Shown here in pieces: positions 8,926-19,419 of a DNA stretch of 64,000 nt (within the stretch, counting starts at the first letter, position 1; every line of letters starts with the position of its first letter). The stretch is from a virus (Duplodnaviria > Caudoviricetes): positions 211,513 to 275,512 of the IMG/VR virus record IMGVR_UViG_3300031555_004728; one strand, given 5' to 3'. Under the pieces are notes generated by a model, which saw only the letters and a list, made by a program, of their open reading frames with translations, did not search any database and was not told the origin of the DNA. A program made the position numbers and the translations under genes.

Positions 8926-9014
8926 ACACCCCTTTTTTCTTATAATTAATTTAGTATTAAATTATCAATTTAACAAATTTGTAATGTTTAACTTATATAA
9001 GGAGGTAAAAAATA

Positions 9015-9329
9015 ATGATTAAGAAATTATTTATTTCACAACCTATGAGGGGTAAAAGTGAAGAATATATTAAACATGAAAGAGAAGCAATGATAGCTAA
9101 AGCTATAGAAGAAGCAAAGAAAAAATATGGAGAAAACACAAGAGTTGCAATTATTGATTCATATTTTGAAGATTATGATGGAAATGCTGTAGGATTTTTA
9201 TCAAAATCAATTGGTAAATTAGCAGAAGCTGATATAGCAGCATTTTCTCCTGATTGGGCATCTGCAAGAGGATGTAAAATTGAACATACTATTTGTGAAG
9301 AGTATGAGATTGAAATTATTCTTGATTAG
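9015..9329 (+). CDS. DUF4406 / nucleoside deoxyribosyltransferase-like small protein
   Basis: KLFISQPMRG...W.SARGCKIEH motif. Confidence 0.75.
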   Translation: MIKKLFISQPMRGKSEEYIKHEREAMIAKAIEEAKKKYGENTRVAIIDSYFEDYDGNAVGFLSKSIGKLAEADIAAFSPDWASARGCKIEHTICEEYEIEIILD

Positions 9330-9339
9330 GTGATAGAGT

Positions 9340-9585
9340 ATGACTAATGAACCTATGACTATTTTTGAATATTTGGAATTTTGTGCTAAAAGAAAATTAC
9401 GCACATATGAAAAGAAACTCATTGAAATGATGACGGCTGATGATGCTAGAACTACATCAATTGTAATTCCTCTTTCACATAATTCCGTAAATATGAATAA
9501 AACTAAATATGGATTAAAAGCATCAAATGTAGTTATTGATGATTTCAATCTTATTAATCAGGAGGTAGTAAATAATCATGAGTAA
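9340..9585 (+). CDS. Hypothetical protein
   Basis: 81-aa ORF with RBS, overlapping the next start. Confidence 0.6.
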   Translation: MTNEPMTIFEYLEFCAKRKLRTYEKKLIEMMTADDARTTSIVIPLSHNSVNMNKTKYGLKASNVVIDDFNLINQEVVNNHE

Positions 9586-10567
9586 AAATTTTGATGATGA
9601 TTCTTATGTGCCTTCTAGATATAGAGCTAAAGAAGCATTAGAGGATCTAGATGCATTAGAAGAGTTATTTATTCTTCCTTCAGATATAGCTAAAAGAGAA
9701 GAATCAAAAAAAGAAAGTAAGAAAAAAGAAACTGTTAGTGAACCTGATGATTTACTTGATACTGATTGGATGGATACTCTAAGTACTCTTAGAACTGAAA
9801 AGAAAAGATTCAAAAATGTAGAAGACTTATTTGGTGAAGGTGGAAAGAAAAAGAAGAAAAAGAAAAAGAAAAACGCTGATGGACCAAAAGACCATTCTGA
9901 AGATTTTGAAAATGAACTCAGATTACTTAGAAATATCTTAAAAGAACAAACAGGATTGTCAGATTCACTTCAGGAAAGATATGATACATTAAACAGACAA
10001 AAATCATCAGCAAGAGGTGTTGGTAAATTTACAACAGATTTAATTGCTACATTAAATCATGCCCGTACATTAGAAAAAGACATAGTCAAAGAAATTACGG
10101 GTATAAAGAAGACTATTGCTGATTTAAATATGAAGGAACGTGAAAAATTCGGAAAACTTGAAAATATGAGTGATGAAGATATGAATCAATTCGCTTCTAC
10201 ATATTTAAAGAAAATTATGGGTGCTAACCAAGACATTAATGGTGGATTTGGTGAATCAATAATTGATGATGTTATTGATGCAGATGACTTTTATGGTGAA
10301 TTAGATTTGAATATGAGAGAATCTGATGGATATGCATCTAGAAGTGAGGATGCTGACAAGTATCTCAAATATGAAAAACAACAAATTACAGTAAAAATAC
10401 TTTATGACCAAAGTGATGAAAGTATGCAATTCTTTGCAGAGAATGAAAATGGTGAAATAGTTGATGATTATCCATTACCTGGAACTATTGATTCGGTTAG
10501 AATTAATCATTCAACTAAAATTGGTACAGATAGATTTGGTCAGAAGTTCCAAGTTATTTATCAATAA
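9578..10567 (+). CDS. Hypothetical jumbo-phage protein with poly-Lys tract and coiled coil
   Basis: 329-aa ORF, GGAGG RBS, terminator at about 10575-10608. Confidence 0.75.
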   Translation: MSKNFDDDSYVPSRYRAKEALEDLDALEELFILPSDIAKREESKKESKKKETVSEPDDLLDTDWMDTLSTLRTEKKRFKNVEDLFGEGGKKKKKKKKKNADGPKDHSEDFENELRLLRNILKEQTGLSDSLQERYDTLNRQKSSARGVGKFTTDLIATLNHARTLEKDIVKEITGIKKTIADLNMKEREKFGKLENMSDEDMNQFASTYLKKIMGANQDINGGFGESIIDDVIDADDFYGELDLNMRESDGYASRSEDADKYLKYEKQQITVKILYDQSDESMQFFAENENGEIVDDYPLPGTIDSVRINHSTKIGTDRFGQKFQVIYQ

Positions 10568-10778
10568 TAACAAAAAAGAAAGGAGTAGTTTTTACTACTC
10601 CTTTCTTTTATAAGGAAATCTTCTAGTTGAAATTCTATAATTGGTTCGTAATAATACCCAATATCAAATAATATAATTAAATCTCCTTTATTATAAATAT
10701 TTTATTACATGAAAATAATATATCTATAAAAAAATTCGATAAAAACAGAGGAAGTAGATTTTCTACTTCCTCATTTAT

Positions 10779-11435
10779 TTAGTTAAATAAACCATTTACT
10801 GTAATACTAAAATCACCAGTAATATATGATAATCCAGTCAAATCTGCTGTATCCATTCCATCATAATGATATACATGGATAAACAAGTTTCCATTAGAGC
10901 ATTCAGTAACTACATTATGGATAGTTGAATTTTTCATAAATGTTGAATCATTACCTTCCGTCACATTAATTGAAGAATTATATGTATCCATAGTTTTCTT
11001 ACCAGAAAAGTTTGATGGTAATGGAATTACAAATGTATATTTATGAATAGCAGATGTACTTCCATATTGAATCTCTTCTTCTACTTTATTTCCATCTTCA
11101 TCAATCTTTGTAATAATGAAACTTCCAGTAGCATCTCCACCTTCTTCTACAATATCTGGTGTTACAGCAATACTAGGTCTAACTCTTGTACTTAATTGGA
11201 ATTTAGTTTCTCCATAAGTTAAGCAAGACCATCTATAAATGCTTCCTTCATGAGTAACATCTTCTGTATCATGTTTAATAAGCATTGTAGTTTGTATATC
11301 TTTTTCCCACTTTTCAAGAAGAGAGTCTCCATCAGGAAAGAAAACACATCTTGCTAATGTGTTTAATATTAATGGTTTTAAACTCTCAGTATGTTTATCT
11401 CTATATAGGAAAAAGGCTTTTTTTAAGTTTTTCAT
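10779..11435 (-). CDS. Hypothetical, possibly virion protein
   Basis: 218-aa ORF with AGGAGG RBS. Confidence 0.65.
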   Translation of the reverse strand: MKNLKKAFFLYRDKHTESLKPLILNTLARCVFFPDGDSLLEKWEKDIQTTMLIKHDTEDVTHEGSIYRWSCLTYGETKFQLSTRVRPSIAVTPDIVEEGGDATGSFIITKIDEDGNKVEEEIQYGSTSAIHKYTFVIPLPSNFSGKKTMDTYNSSINVTEGNDSTFMKNSTIHNVVTECSNGNLFIHVYHYDGMDTADLTGLSYITGDFSITVNGLFN

Positions 11436-11446
11436 CTTTTACCCTC

Positions 11447-12421
11447 CTATACTAATTTCATAAGTTCAACCCAAAACTTTCTAATATCCTTAGTATTTTT
11501 AACGATATCAGATAATGTATTTTGACTTAATAAGAATCCACCTACCAATGTATTATCAATTGCAAAAATAACGTATGGTAAATAATCAATACAAAGTACT
11601 GATGAACCTCCATATGTATTTAAAAATCTTTCTACAAAATAACGAACTGTTAAAGTTTTCATTCTTGGTGATAAGTCTTTTAAGAAATTGAATAGATCTT
11701 CAATTGTTTTAGGTTTGGCTAAATCATACTCATCAAGAACCTGTTCAATATTCTGAACTTTTCTTTCTGTAGTAATCTGAAGGGCTGTGTTATTGATAAT
11801 ATCGTCATTTTCTAATTCCCATACATTTTCTAAGAAAAACTTAGATACTAAAAATGCAATCTTATCATGTAATGTAGTATCAAGTGAAAGAGCATAGTCT
11901 CTATTTAATACTCTCATAAACATATTCACATATACTTCATTAGCAATTTTCATAATAGTAGTACTTCTTGATAAAACTTGATGTCTTGAATGGAAATGCC
12001 ATGCTAAGAATGCTGATTCTAAAAGAATATATAAATTCTTCATAGGTATATCAAGTCTTAATTCATCGGCAACCAATTTACCAAAAGAACTCACAAAAAT
12101 ACTAACTACTGGACCACTAGAACTTTTGTGAATTACAAATGGTACAGACTTTGTCATTTTCTGAGTTGTTGATTTCCAATATACTAAACGAATTACACCA
12201 TCATTAAATGCTTCTAATACTTTAGGTGCAAGAGGTGAAATACGAGTTTTATCTATTTGAATAAGTTGCTCTTCAATAAAGCTTTTATCTAAAACGATTC
12301 CTTCTTTTAATGCTTTTAAAATTCTACTCTGGATTTCCCCAGAAGCATTAAAAAGCCCATAAATAAAAGAATCTGACATTGATGATTCCATAAATATTTC
12401 ATCATTAACTACATTATTCAT
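11447..12421 (-). CDS. Hypothetical, probable virion structural protein (start reassigned to MNNVVND)
   Basis: Long ORF; RBS GAAAGGCGG precedes the ATG at 12421 and a promoter-like AACA motif lies within the track's longer N-terminus. Confidence 0.65.
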   Translation of the reverse strand: MNNVVNDEIFMESSMSDSFIYGLFNASGEIQSRILKALKEGIVLDKSFIEEQLIQIDKTRISPLAPKVLEAFNDGVIRLVYWKSTTQKMTKSVPFVIHKSSSGPVVSIFVSSFGKLVADELRLDIPMKNLYILLESAFLAWHFHSRHQVLSRSTTIMKIANEVYVNMFMRVLNRDYALSLDTTLHDKIAFLVSKFFLENVWELENDDIINNTALQITTERKVQNIEQVLDEYDLAKPKTIEDLFNFLKDLSPRMKTLTVRYFVERFLNTYGGSSVLCIDYLPYVIFAIDNTLVGGFLLSQNTLSDIVKNTKDIRKFWVELMKLV

Positions 12422-12510
12422 TCTTTTATTCCGCCTTTCTATTTGTATTAAGTATATTGTTTTCTGGGTACTTTTCATGCAAAAAAATAATAACTACCCA
12501 CAGGTAGTTA

Positions 12511-12975
12511 TTATTTCATAGTTAAATATGCTAATACCATTCTAACATGTTTGTCAGTTGGAATCATAGCATCTACATATGTACGTAACTTTGTATATGA
12601 TGAGTTACCAAAACTTTTTGTGATATTATAAAGAGTATCAAATGCACCACATAATTCTTGTAAACCTGTTATACTTTCTGGCATTGTAATTTCTGACCAT
12701 GATGTATCATTGTCATCAATACAACGTAATATAATTAATATAGCCTTTGCAATTTTATTTATTTCTTCAGTTGACTTATTCATTCTAAGTATTTTCTGAA
12801 GTGATTGAAATAAAATAGTAACTACTTTATCACATATTTTATTTGACTCTTTTATATCTGACAAAAATTTATTTAAGTCATCATCTCTTATTGCTTCATA
12901 TGTACTCTCCATATTAGGTTGTGTTAAAACATACAAAGCAGTTACATACTCTCTTCTTTTTGAATATAGATCCAT
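12511..12975 (-). CDS. Hypothetical protein
   Basis: 154-aa ORF with AGGAGG RBS. Confidence 0.7.
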   Translation of the reverse strand: MDLYSKRREYVTALYVLTQPNMESTYEAIRDDDLNKFLSDIKESNKICDKVVTILFQSLQKILRMNKSTEEINKIAKAILIILRCIDDNDTSWSEITMPESITGLQELCGAFDTLYNITKSFGNSSYTKLRTYVDAMIPTDKHVRMVLAYLTMK

Positions 12976-13085
12976 AATTCATACCTCCTTTATATTCAAT
13001 TTAATAGTATACTATTTTAAATTTAGTATTTTCGTTTAAAAGTATACAAGACGTTTATAAACGTCTTGTATACCACATAGACAAT

Positions 13086-13598
13086 TTAATATTTTGCCTG
13101 AACTGTTCCTGCATCTTCAATAGTTGATTCTTCATCTCCTGAAGTTTTCTCTTGAGTAGGGATTACTTCTTCTGGAATAACTTCATCAGACTCAACTGGA
13201 CGACATACTCCATTATTTTCTGTTGTATCACCATCCATAGGACATGAACCTGCATCTACAATATTGGAATCTGATACTTCAACTGGACATGGACCAGCAG
13301 GTCCAACTTCCTTCAAGTCTTCTGCTTCTGCATCATACATTACTCCACCTTCTCCCATATATCTAGGAGCATTTTCTGGTGATTGAATAGGTTCGCCTAC
13401 CACAGATCCATGTGTTTCTTGATTATCAGATGCAATTTCTGCTTGTTGAATGCTTCCTTTGTGTTTAATAATATCGAATGCATTTACAACATTTCTCATT
13501 GATTCGATACCTGTAATAGGTGTCTCTTCATTTAAGATTTTTAATACGGTATTGATATCTTCACTATCATATACCACTACTGTCTTCATTTCAGCCAT
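13086..13598 (-). CDS. Hypothetical protein with acidic tail; N-terminus paralogous to 63434..63652
   Basis: AGGAGG RBS; shared Y..E.I...LN...(I/V)TG..N motif. Confidence 0.7.
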   Translation of the reverse strand: MAEMKTVVVYDSEDINTVLKILNEETPITGIESMRNVVNAFDIIKHKGSIQQAEIASDNQETHGSVVGEPIQSPENAPRYMGEGGVMYDAEAEDLKEVGPAGPCPVEVSDSNIVDAGSCPMDGDTTENNGVCRPVESDEVIPEEVIPTQEKTSGDEESTIEDAGTVQAKY

Positions 13599-13681
13599 TA
13601 TAACTGCCTCCTTAAATTTATTTATTTGATTATATAAATTGTCAAATAGTGTATAAAAAAGAAGAGAGGTTACTCTCTTCT

Positions 13682-14704
13682 TTAATAAATCATTTTTGAA
13701 ATAATCTTTTCAATTGGTTTGCTGTTTGAATAGAATGCTAAATAACTTAATGCTCTACATCCCTCAACTAATTTTGAATTGTAATTGATATCTCCAAACT
13801 TATAATAAATCTTTGGTAACGATGTTAAATACCAACGATATACATCTGGATAATCAATATATTCAAGTTCCTTAGATTCATATTTTTCTCTTTTATCAAT
13901 AATACACTGACCGAGAATTTCAACTAATCCTTTTATTGTAGTTGAATCTTTGATTGTAACTTCTTCTGGAACCAGTAATGTGGTATTTACATTTGGAGAA
14001 CCTGTTACAAGTACATATGCTAATAAGCATACATTTTGAAGAATAATATCATCTGATGGTCTTTCTCCATCTAAAAATCCAGGTGTTAACATATCTTCAA
14101 GTCTGAGTACTTGTTTTGATACAGTTTCCAAAACTTCTTTAGCATTCTTACTGTAGAATGAATCTGCCATTCCAATGAGTTCTGAAATTTTAAATAATTC
14201 ATCTCTGTAAGATACGTTATTTGAAGCAAAATATGATATAAAATTTCCAATACAATCTCTGATTTGATAAATAAGATTTATTGCCTCTTTGTGGTTCTTC
14301 TTTTTACCACGATACTTTAATTCTTTTGCGATGATATGTTCGAAATTATTATCGATATTCAAAAGCATGTTTATAATAAACCGTGCTTTATAAATATTTG
14401 ATTTAACCGGAACTGTATCGAGTTTTCCATTCCATAAAATACTTGTAATATAACTTTCAAGAATAAGATCTGCTGGTGAGGTTCTTACTCCAGTTTTTAT
14501 ATACGAAGCATCCAATAACGACATATTATTCAGTACTCTAACTGCAAGACCAACATCATAATGAAATGAATCAACTACTCTACTATATTCGAGACTAAGT
14601 TCAATATCACTTTTTATAATTTCATGTCTTTTAAGAAGTCTTTCTTTTATATTTAAGATAATCTTAGATGCGTACTCTAATTTATCTCGTCCTAAATCTT
14701 TCAT
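13682..14704 (-). CDS. Hypothetical protein
   Basis: 340-aa ORF, GGAGG RBS, TATATTAT motif at 14734-14741. Confidence 0.75.
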   Translation of the reverse strand: MKDLGRDKLEYASKIILNIKERLLKRHEIIKSDIELSLEYSRVVDSFHYDVGLAVRVLNNMSLLDASYIKTGVRTSPADLILESYITSILWNGKLDTVPVKSNIYKARFIINMLLNIDNNFEHIIAKELKYRGKKKNHKEAINLIYQIRDCIGNFISYFASNNVSYRDELFKISELIGMADSFYSKNAKEVLETVSKQVLRLEDMLTPGFLDGERPSDDIILQNVCLLAYVLVTGSPNVNTTLLVPEEVTIKDSTTIKGLVEILGQCIIDKREKYESKELEYIDYPDVYRWYLTSLPKIYYKFGDINYNSKLVEGCRALSYLAFYSNSKPIEKIISKMIY

Positions 14705-14755
14705 TATATTATACCTCCTATATTTTCATTATTATAATATACTTCTTTAAATAAT

Positions 14756-15334
14756 TTACCAATGATCATAATATCTATACTCATCTATACTTAATATAGT
14801 TCTTTGTAAATCATAATCATCAATAAATTCAATATCACCTACTGAATTTAAAGTTTCTAGATTATAATATACAGCATTTTGAAATTCTATAGTTTCATAT
14901 AAATCCCTAGAAACCATCCATTTGAAATAGTCTTTATCTTTAAGATGTCCTGGTACTACAAATTTATCTCTTAATGATTCAGTATCACCTATTAATATTT
15001 TATATGAATCACTAAAATGTAAAAATAAATAAAATGATTCACAGTGAGTAGTTCCGAAAAATTTCTTATGATTATATACCATATAATCATGATAATTCAT
15101 ATAAAAATATTTTCTTACAAAAGCTTCTTCTGGATTATGTTTAAGATCAACAACTTCAAAATTTATTAATTTAAAATCATCCATATTTGCCCTAAACCTA
15201 TTTGTCAATACAGAATCTGTACATAATCCTATTGTATCATTTGTTTGATTTTTATATGAATCTATTTCATGTATTGAACAGAACTTAGTTGATATATCAT
15301 CAGTTGGATTTGTATATGTTAATTGATATAGCAT
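14756..15334 (-). CDS. Hypothetical protein
   Basis: 192-aa ORF coupled by a TAATG overlap. Confidence 0.7.
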   Translation of the reverse strand: MLYQLTYTNPTDDISTKFCSIHEIDSYKNQTNDTIGLCTDSVLTNRFRANMDDFKLINFEVVDLKHNPEEAFVRKYFYMNYHDYMVYNHKKFFGTTHCESFYLFLHFSDSYKILIGDTESLRDKFVVPGHLKDKDYFKWMVSRDLYETIEFQNAVYYNLETLNSVGDIEFIDDYDLQRTILSIDEYRYYDHW

Positions 15335-15906
15335 TAAATATAACCCTCCATTTCATCAATCAAAATTTTTGCAAGGACGTTAACTTCTTTATTTATTAAC
15401 TTACATGAATTTAGAGCATTATGTCTTTTTTGGTAATAATAACTACTTTCAAATGCTATTTGCTTACTAAGTGTATCAAATTTTAATTTAGTATTATCAC
15501 CCATTATTTTAATAAATACCATAGTAGAAGCGTTTATAATAAAATCACGACCTTCTAAAATAGCTCTAGCAGCTTTATGATTTCTAAACATATTAGAAGC
15601 TTTTTCATATTCTTCATCATCATTAGAATCCATAGTTGAAAGGATTGATTGTAGAACAAAATAAAACTTTGTTCTTGCACTAGCCTCTGGGACATTACAT
15701 TTTAAATAAAGTTTTTCAATTCCAACTTCTTCAAATTCTGATCTGTATGATAATATCATGTCTTGATCAGATTTATAATAAAAATCTATATATTCATCTT
15801 TAATATTTTTAATATAATCAATACTAGGTGTTTTATTTGTATAATTTATATCTAAAATATCCATATCAAACTGATCTATCATTTCAAAATTTATTTTATC
15901 AATCAT
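15334..15906 (-). CDS. Hypothetical protein
   Basis: 190-aa ORF, AAGGAG RBS, TATATTAT at 15937-15944. Confidence 0.7.
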   Translation of the reverse strand: MIDKINFEMIDQFDMDILDINYTNKTPSIDYIKNIKDEYIDFYYKSDQDMILSYRSEFEEVGIEKLYLKCNVPEASARTKFYFVLQSILSTMDSNDDEEYEKASNMFRNHKAARAILEGRDFIINASTMVFIKIMGDNTKLKFDTLSKQIAFESSYYYQKRHNALNSCKLINKEVNVLAKILIDEMEGYI

Positions 15907-15988
15907 AAGAAATCTCCTTTTATCATTTATATAAAAATAATATATTTTTATAAAATATAATAATTTATTACACCTATAACATAAAATT

Positions 15989-16340
15989 AATGCAGAAGAT
16001 AGGTACCAAAAATTGTAGTATCCTCGGAAGTGTTATGATAGCGGTTTACCGTTTATAACCGGATACGATTTTCTTGCATTCTTTGTATTGTGGTGCCACC
16101 CGATAAAAGCTTAGGTGGTGAGATCCGGACGTGAAAATCAATGGCTTAGTAAAATTGAGAGAATAAAATTTGGAGAACATAAAACCATATATTCGTTATG
16201 TAACTCTGCGTGAGTGAAGAATAGTGGTAATCTTCATACCTAGCCCGGGGTAAATTAGGGTTTGAATGCTTATAGCCAATAATTCCGGATAAGTAATTAT
16301 GAACAAGGATGAGATTAAGTTCTCATCCTTGTTCTTTTCA
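15989..16340 (+). ncRNA. Candidate stand-alone structured ncRNA (about 350 nt)
   Basis: AACA-N6-TA at 15978-15989; GC-elevated region with no ORF of 60 aa or more and many stems (GTATCC/GGATAC, CCACC/GGTGG, ATCCGGA/TCCGGAT, TGAAGA/TCTTCA); terminator GAACAAGGATGAG/CTCATCCTTGTTC plus T-run. Confidence 0.65.
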
Positions 16341-16402
16341 TTTTTTTAACCGAAAAACAGTTTACTAAGCTCAGATTATTAATAAAGAAGGGAGGTTACT
16401 AA

Positions 16403-17128
16403 GTGTCTAAATATTTTAGAAAAGATAATGAATTCATCTATTTAACAGATGATTACATGGAATTTTATATTCCCCTTGATTTTTTTGATCAGAGCAAAAG
16501 ATTCGCAGTAGATTTTTCTTCATATATTGAAACTTTAGGATTATTTTATGTTGGAATTTTCGAAAAAGGATCATTTAAAGAATTTAAAGTGATGAAGCAA
16601 CCATATACTATTACAGTTTATGTGTATGATTCAGAGAATAGAACTGTACAACTCCCTGATGGGGAAACTGTATGTAAAGTTCTTAAATACAACAAAAATG
16701 CTGCACTTATGAATTCAAAAATTATTCAAGATGCACAATCATCACTTGAATATCTTGATTTAGTAATGGGTGGAAAAGTACCATCAAGTGTGCCATATAA
16801 TATGGCTGCTATATTGTGTCAGAAAAATAAAATGGTTAATAAGGTTAATTTTGGTGTAAGACCAGAAGTTGAAGAAATGGTTATAGCATTAAATTACCGT
16901 AATCCTAATGATTTGTCTGAACCTTTTGCAATCACATATGGTGGAAATTTAGCTGTTTCACCACATGCGTATACTACTGTAGGAACTCGACAAATTTGTC
17001 AATATGCATCAACGTTCTCTTCATTAACATTTGAAGATATGGATGCTATGCTAACTACATCTATTAATCGTTCTCGTAAAAAAGGAAAAGAGAAGTTTTC
17101 TCCTATAGAGGATGTAATAAAGATGTAA
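16403..17128 (+). CDS. Putative C-terminal fragment of a split RNA polymerase beta' subunit
   Basis: VNFGVRPEVEEMVIALNYR and GTRQICQYASTFSSLTFEDMDAMLTTSINRS...PIEDVI resemble beta' C-terminal blocks (KHIEVIVRQM; GIT.ASL...SF.SAASFQET..VL..AA...L.ENVI). Confidence 0.5.
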   Translation: MSKYFRKDNEFIYLTDDYMEFYIPLDFFDQSKRFAVDFSSYIETLGLFYVGIFEKGSFKEFKVMKQPYTITVYVYDSENRTVQLPDGETVCKVLKYNKNAALMNSKIIQDAQSSLEYLDLVMGGKVPSSVPYNMAAILCQKNKMVNKVNFGVRPEVEEMVIALNYRNPNDLSEPFAITYGGNLAVSPHAYTTVGTRQICQYASTFSSLTFEDMDAMLTTSINRSRKKGKEKFSPIEDVIKM

Positions 17129-17158
17129 TAATGTTATTTCCTACCCTTTATTAACCAA

Positions 17159-17170
17159 AACAAATATATA
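17159..17170 (+). promoter_or_regulatory. Late-type promoter for the sheath/tube operon
   Basis: AACAaatataTA just upstream of the GGAGG RBS. Confidence 0.65.
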
Positions 17171-17196
17171 AAAATTTAAAAGGAGGGCTATTTTTT

Positions 17197-19401
17197 ATGG
17201 CATCAGTAATTCAGATTGTTCCTAAGGGACAATACCCTCATGTCGAGACTTTTATCTACGACAATACAGAGGTTAATGATACTCCTTCTACTGAAGTCGA
17301 TGATACTATAAAAACTATCCATGTCTTCAGATCTGGAAAGGGTATTGATAATAAAATTGTTAAAATAACAAGTCAACCAGATTTTACTGAAACTTTCGGT
17401 AAAACTGACTATAAGAAATATGGTCAAGCCTTGATGATGCCTTATGCTTCTCTAGCTTCAGAAAGAACATCAGTATACTGTATGAGATTAATGCCTGATG
17501 ATGCGGCATATGCAAACTCAGCTATTTATGCATATTACAGATTAGCTAATGTCACTGTGAAAGAACCAGTTCTTGATGAAAATGGTAAAGTTACTTATGA
17601 AGAAGATGGTTACACAGTAAAAACTCAAGAAGTTGAAAAGCAGGTATTTCAGGTTATGTTCCGTTCAGCATCTTTTGCTCCAACAGTAAATGCTGAAACA
17701 AATAGACTTGAAAATGATAGTACTGCAGTAATCGATGACAAAACATTTGATTCATTGATTAAAGCATCTATCGAAGATATCGAAGCAACTGATGGTGGCG
17801 AAAATTGGGTATGCGTACCTCTTATGCGTTCAAGATTAGTTGGTCGTGGTATTTATGGTGATGACTATAAATGGCGCATCACAAAAAATGCTGAATATGA
17901 AAAAGATTATGAAAAGAAAATTTATACTTTCGAAATCATGTCAGCTGAAAACGGACTTGAAAAGTCTGCAACATATGTAGGTTCTTTGGTAACATCTGTT
18001 GTTAATAATGAATCTATGTTTATTGATGATATTATTTCTGAATATGATGAAGGTGAATATCCAGTAGCCATCAACGTTTATGAAGAATCTGTTGAAATCA
18101 TCTACAATGCTTACAAGAAATTCTTATACTCAGTTGCAAAAGAAACTGGTGAAGAAATCGTTGTTCCAGACAAAGATGAATTCGACTTATTATTCGGTAT
18201 GGAATTAAATACAAATACACCATATGAATACTTCCAAGTATTAACACCTCCGACAGAAACTGTTACAGCTGAAGATGGTTCTGTATCCGTTGTTCCTAAT
18301 GGATACCCAGTTCCAGATGATGCTAATGCAATCGTTATGGGTGATACTATTGGTATTCCATATGCTGGTGGATATGATGGATCATTCTCTATGTTTGTTG
18401 ATACAGAAAATAAGACAGTTGTTAATGGTGCTCTTGAAACTATTTCTGCAGCCGATTATGCTACAGCAGTTAGAAATGGTATTCTTCATCTCCAAAAAGA
18501 TAAAGTTGGAACCAGAGATGCATCAACTGTTGAAGACTTTATGTATGCAAAAGCCTTCGCTGGTATGTTAGACAAGTCAATCTTATCTGTAAGAAGAACT
18601 CCTGCAGATTACTTACTTGATGCTAACTACTCATACTATACAAAACACTCATTTGTTCAATTTGCTCTTGCTCGTAATGATGCATTAGTATATATTGATA
18701 CAGGTGTTGAATATGATTCATTCACAAATGCAGTTCTTGAAACACTCAAAGCTGATTATTATGAATCAATCTTTGCTGACAGATTAGTTTCTGTAAATGC
18801 TCATCATATGAAAGTGTCTGATCCATTTACACAGAAGAAAGTAGTAGTTACTATGACATACTACATTGCAAGAAACTTACCTGTTCATTGGGCAGCAAAT
18901 GGTATCCAAACACCATTCGCTAAAGCAAAAGCTCGTATTACAGAGCACGCTAAAAACTCTATTTATCCTGTAATTGATTTACATGAGGGTGATCTTATGG
19001 AAACACTTACAAATATTAGAGTTAACTATGTTGAAGCTATTGGTGAGAACCAATTCCAACGTGGTATTCAAAACACTGCTCAAACAATCAAGTCTGATCT
19101 TGATGAAGAAAGCAATGTTCATGTATTAATGTGGTTAAAGAGAAATATCGAAAAAGATGTATTCGATAACCTCTATAACTTCGCAAATGCTTCTGAAAGA
19201 GCTACATTCAGACAAGTTGAAAAAGCTAAGTATGAATTTATTGAAGGAAGCATGGTTGAATCGTTTGATATCACTTTTGATATGAACGAATGGGAATCTC
19301 AAAGACAAATTCTTCATTGTTACCTCGAAGTAGTATTCCGTGGTATCGCTAAACGTGCTATCATTGAAATCGATGTTAACAAGAGAGATTATACAGCGTA
19401 A
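17197..19401 (+). CDS. Contractile tail sheath protein
   Basis: 734 aa; N-terminal YPHVETFIYDNT and F.ETFG; C-terminal TAQ..SDL.E..NV and HCYLEVVFRGIAKRAIIEIDV; directly upstream of a tube-like gene. Confidence 0.85.
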   Translation: MASVIQIVPKGQYPHVETFIYDNTEVNDTPSTEVDDTIKTIHVFRSGKGIDNKIVKITSQPDFTETFGKTDYKKYGQALMMPYASLASERTSVYCMRLMPDDAAYANSAIYAYYRLANVTVKEPVLDENGKVTYEEDGYTVKTQEVEKQVFQVMFRSASFAPTVNAETNRLENDSTAVIDDKTFDSLIKASIEDIEATDGGENWVCVPLMRSRLVGRGIYGDDYKWRITKNAEYEKDYEKKIYTFEIMSAENGLEKSATYVGSLVTSVVNNESMFIDDIISEYDEGEYPVAINVYEESVEIIYNAYKKFLYSVAKETGEEIVVPDKDEFDLLFGMELNTNTPYEYFQVLTPPTETVTAEDGSVSVVPNGYPVPDDANAIVMGDTIGIPYAGGYDGSFSMFVDTENKTVVNGALETISAADYATAVRNGILHLQKDKVGTRDASTVEDFMYAKAFAGMLDKSILSVRRTPADYLLDANYSYYTKHSFVQFALARNDALVYIDTGVEYDSFTNAVLETLKADYYESIFADRLVSVNAHHMKVSDPFTQKKVVVTMTYYIARNLPVHWAANGIQTPFAKAKARITEHAKNSIYPVIDLHEGDLMETLTNIRVNYVEAIGENQFQRGIQNTAQTIKSDLDEESNVHVLMWLKRNIEKDVFDNLYNFANASERATFRQVEKAKYEFIEGSMVESFDITFDMNEWESQRQILHCYLEVVFRGIAKRAIIEIDVNKRDYTA

Positions 19402-19419
19402 GGAAGGAGGAAATAATCA

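Noticed and set aside
10600-10722. Promoter and RBS on the minus strand with a GAACCAATT 9-mer matching the repeat's left end
   Set aside because: There is no standard start at proper spacing, and the 9-bp match is expected by chance in AT-rich DNA.
15989-16340. tRNA, tmRNA or RNase P identity for the GC-rich island
   Set aside because: No cloverleaf or T-loop with CCA end and no RNase P P4 consensus were found by eye.
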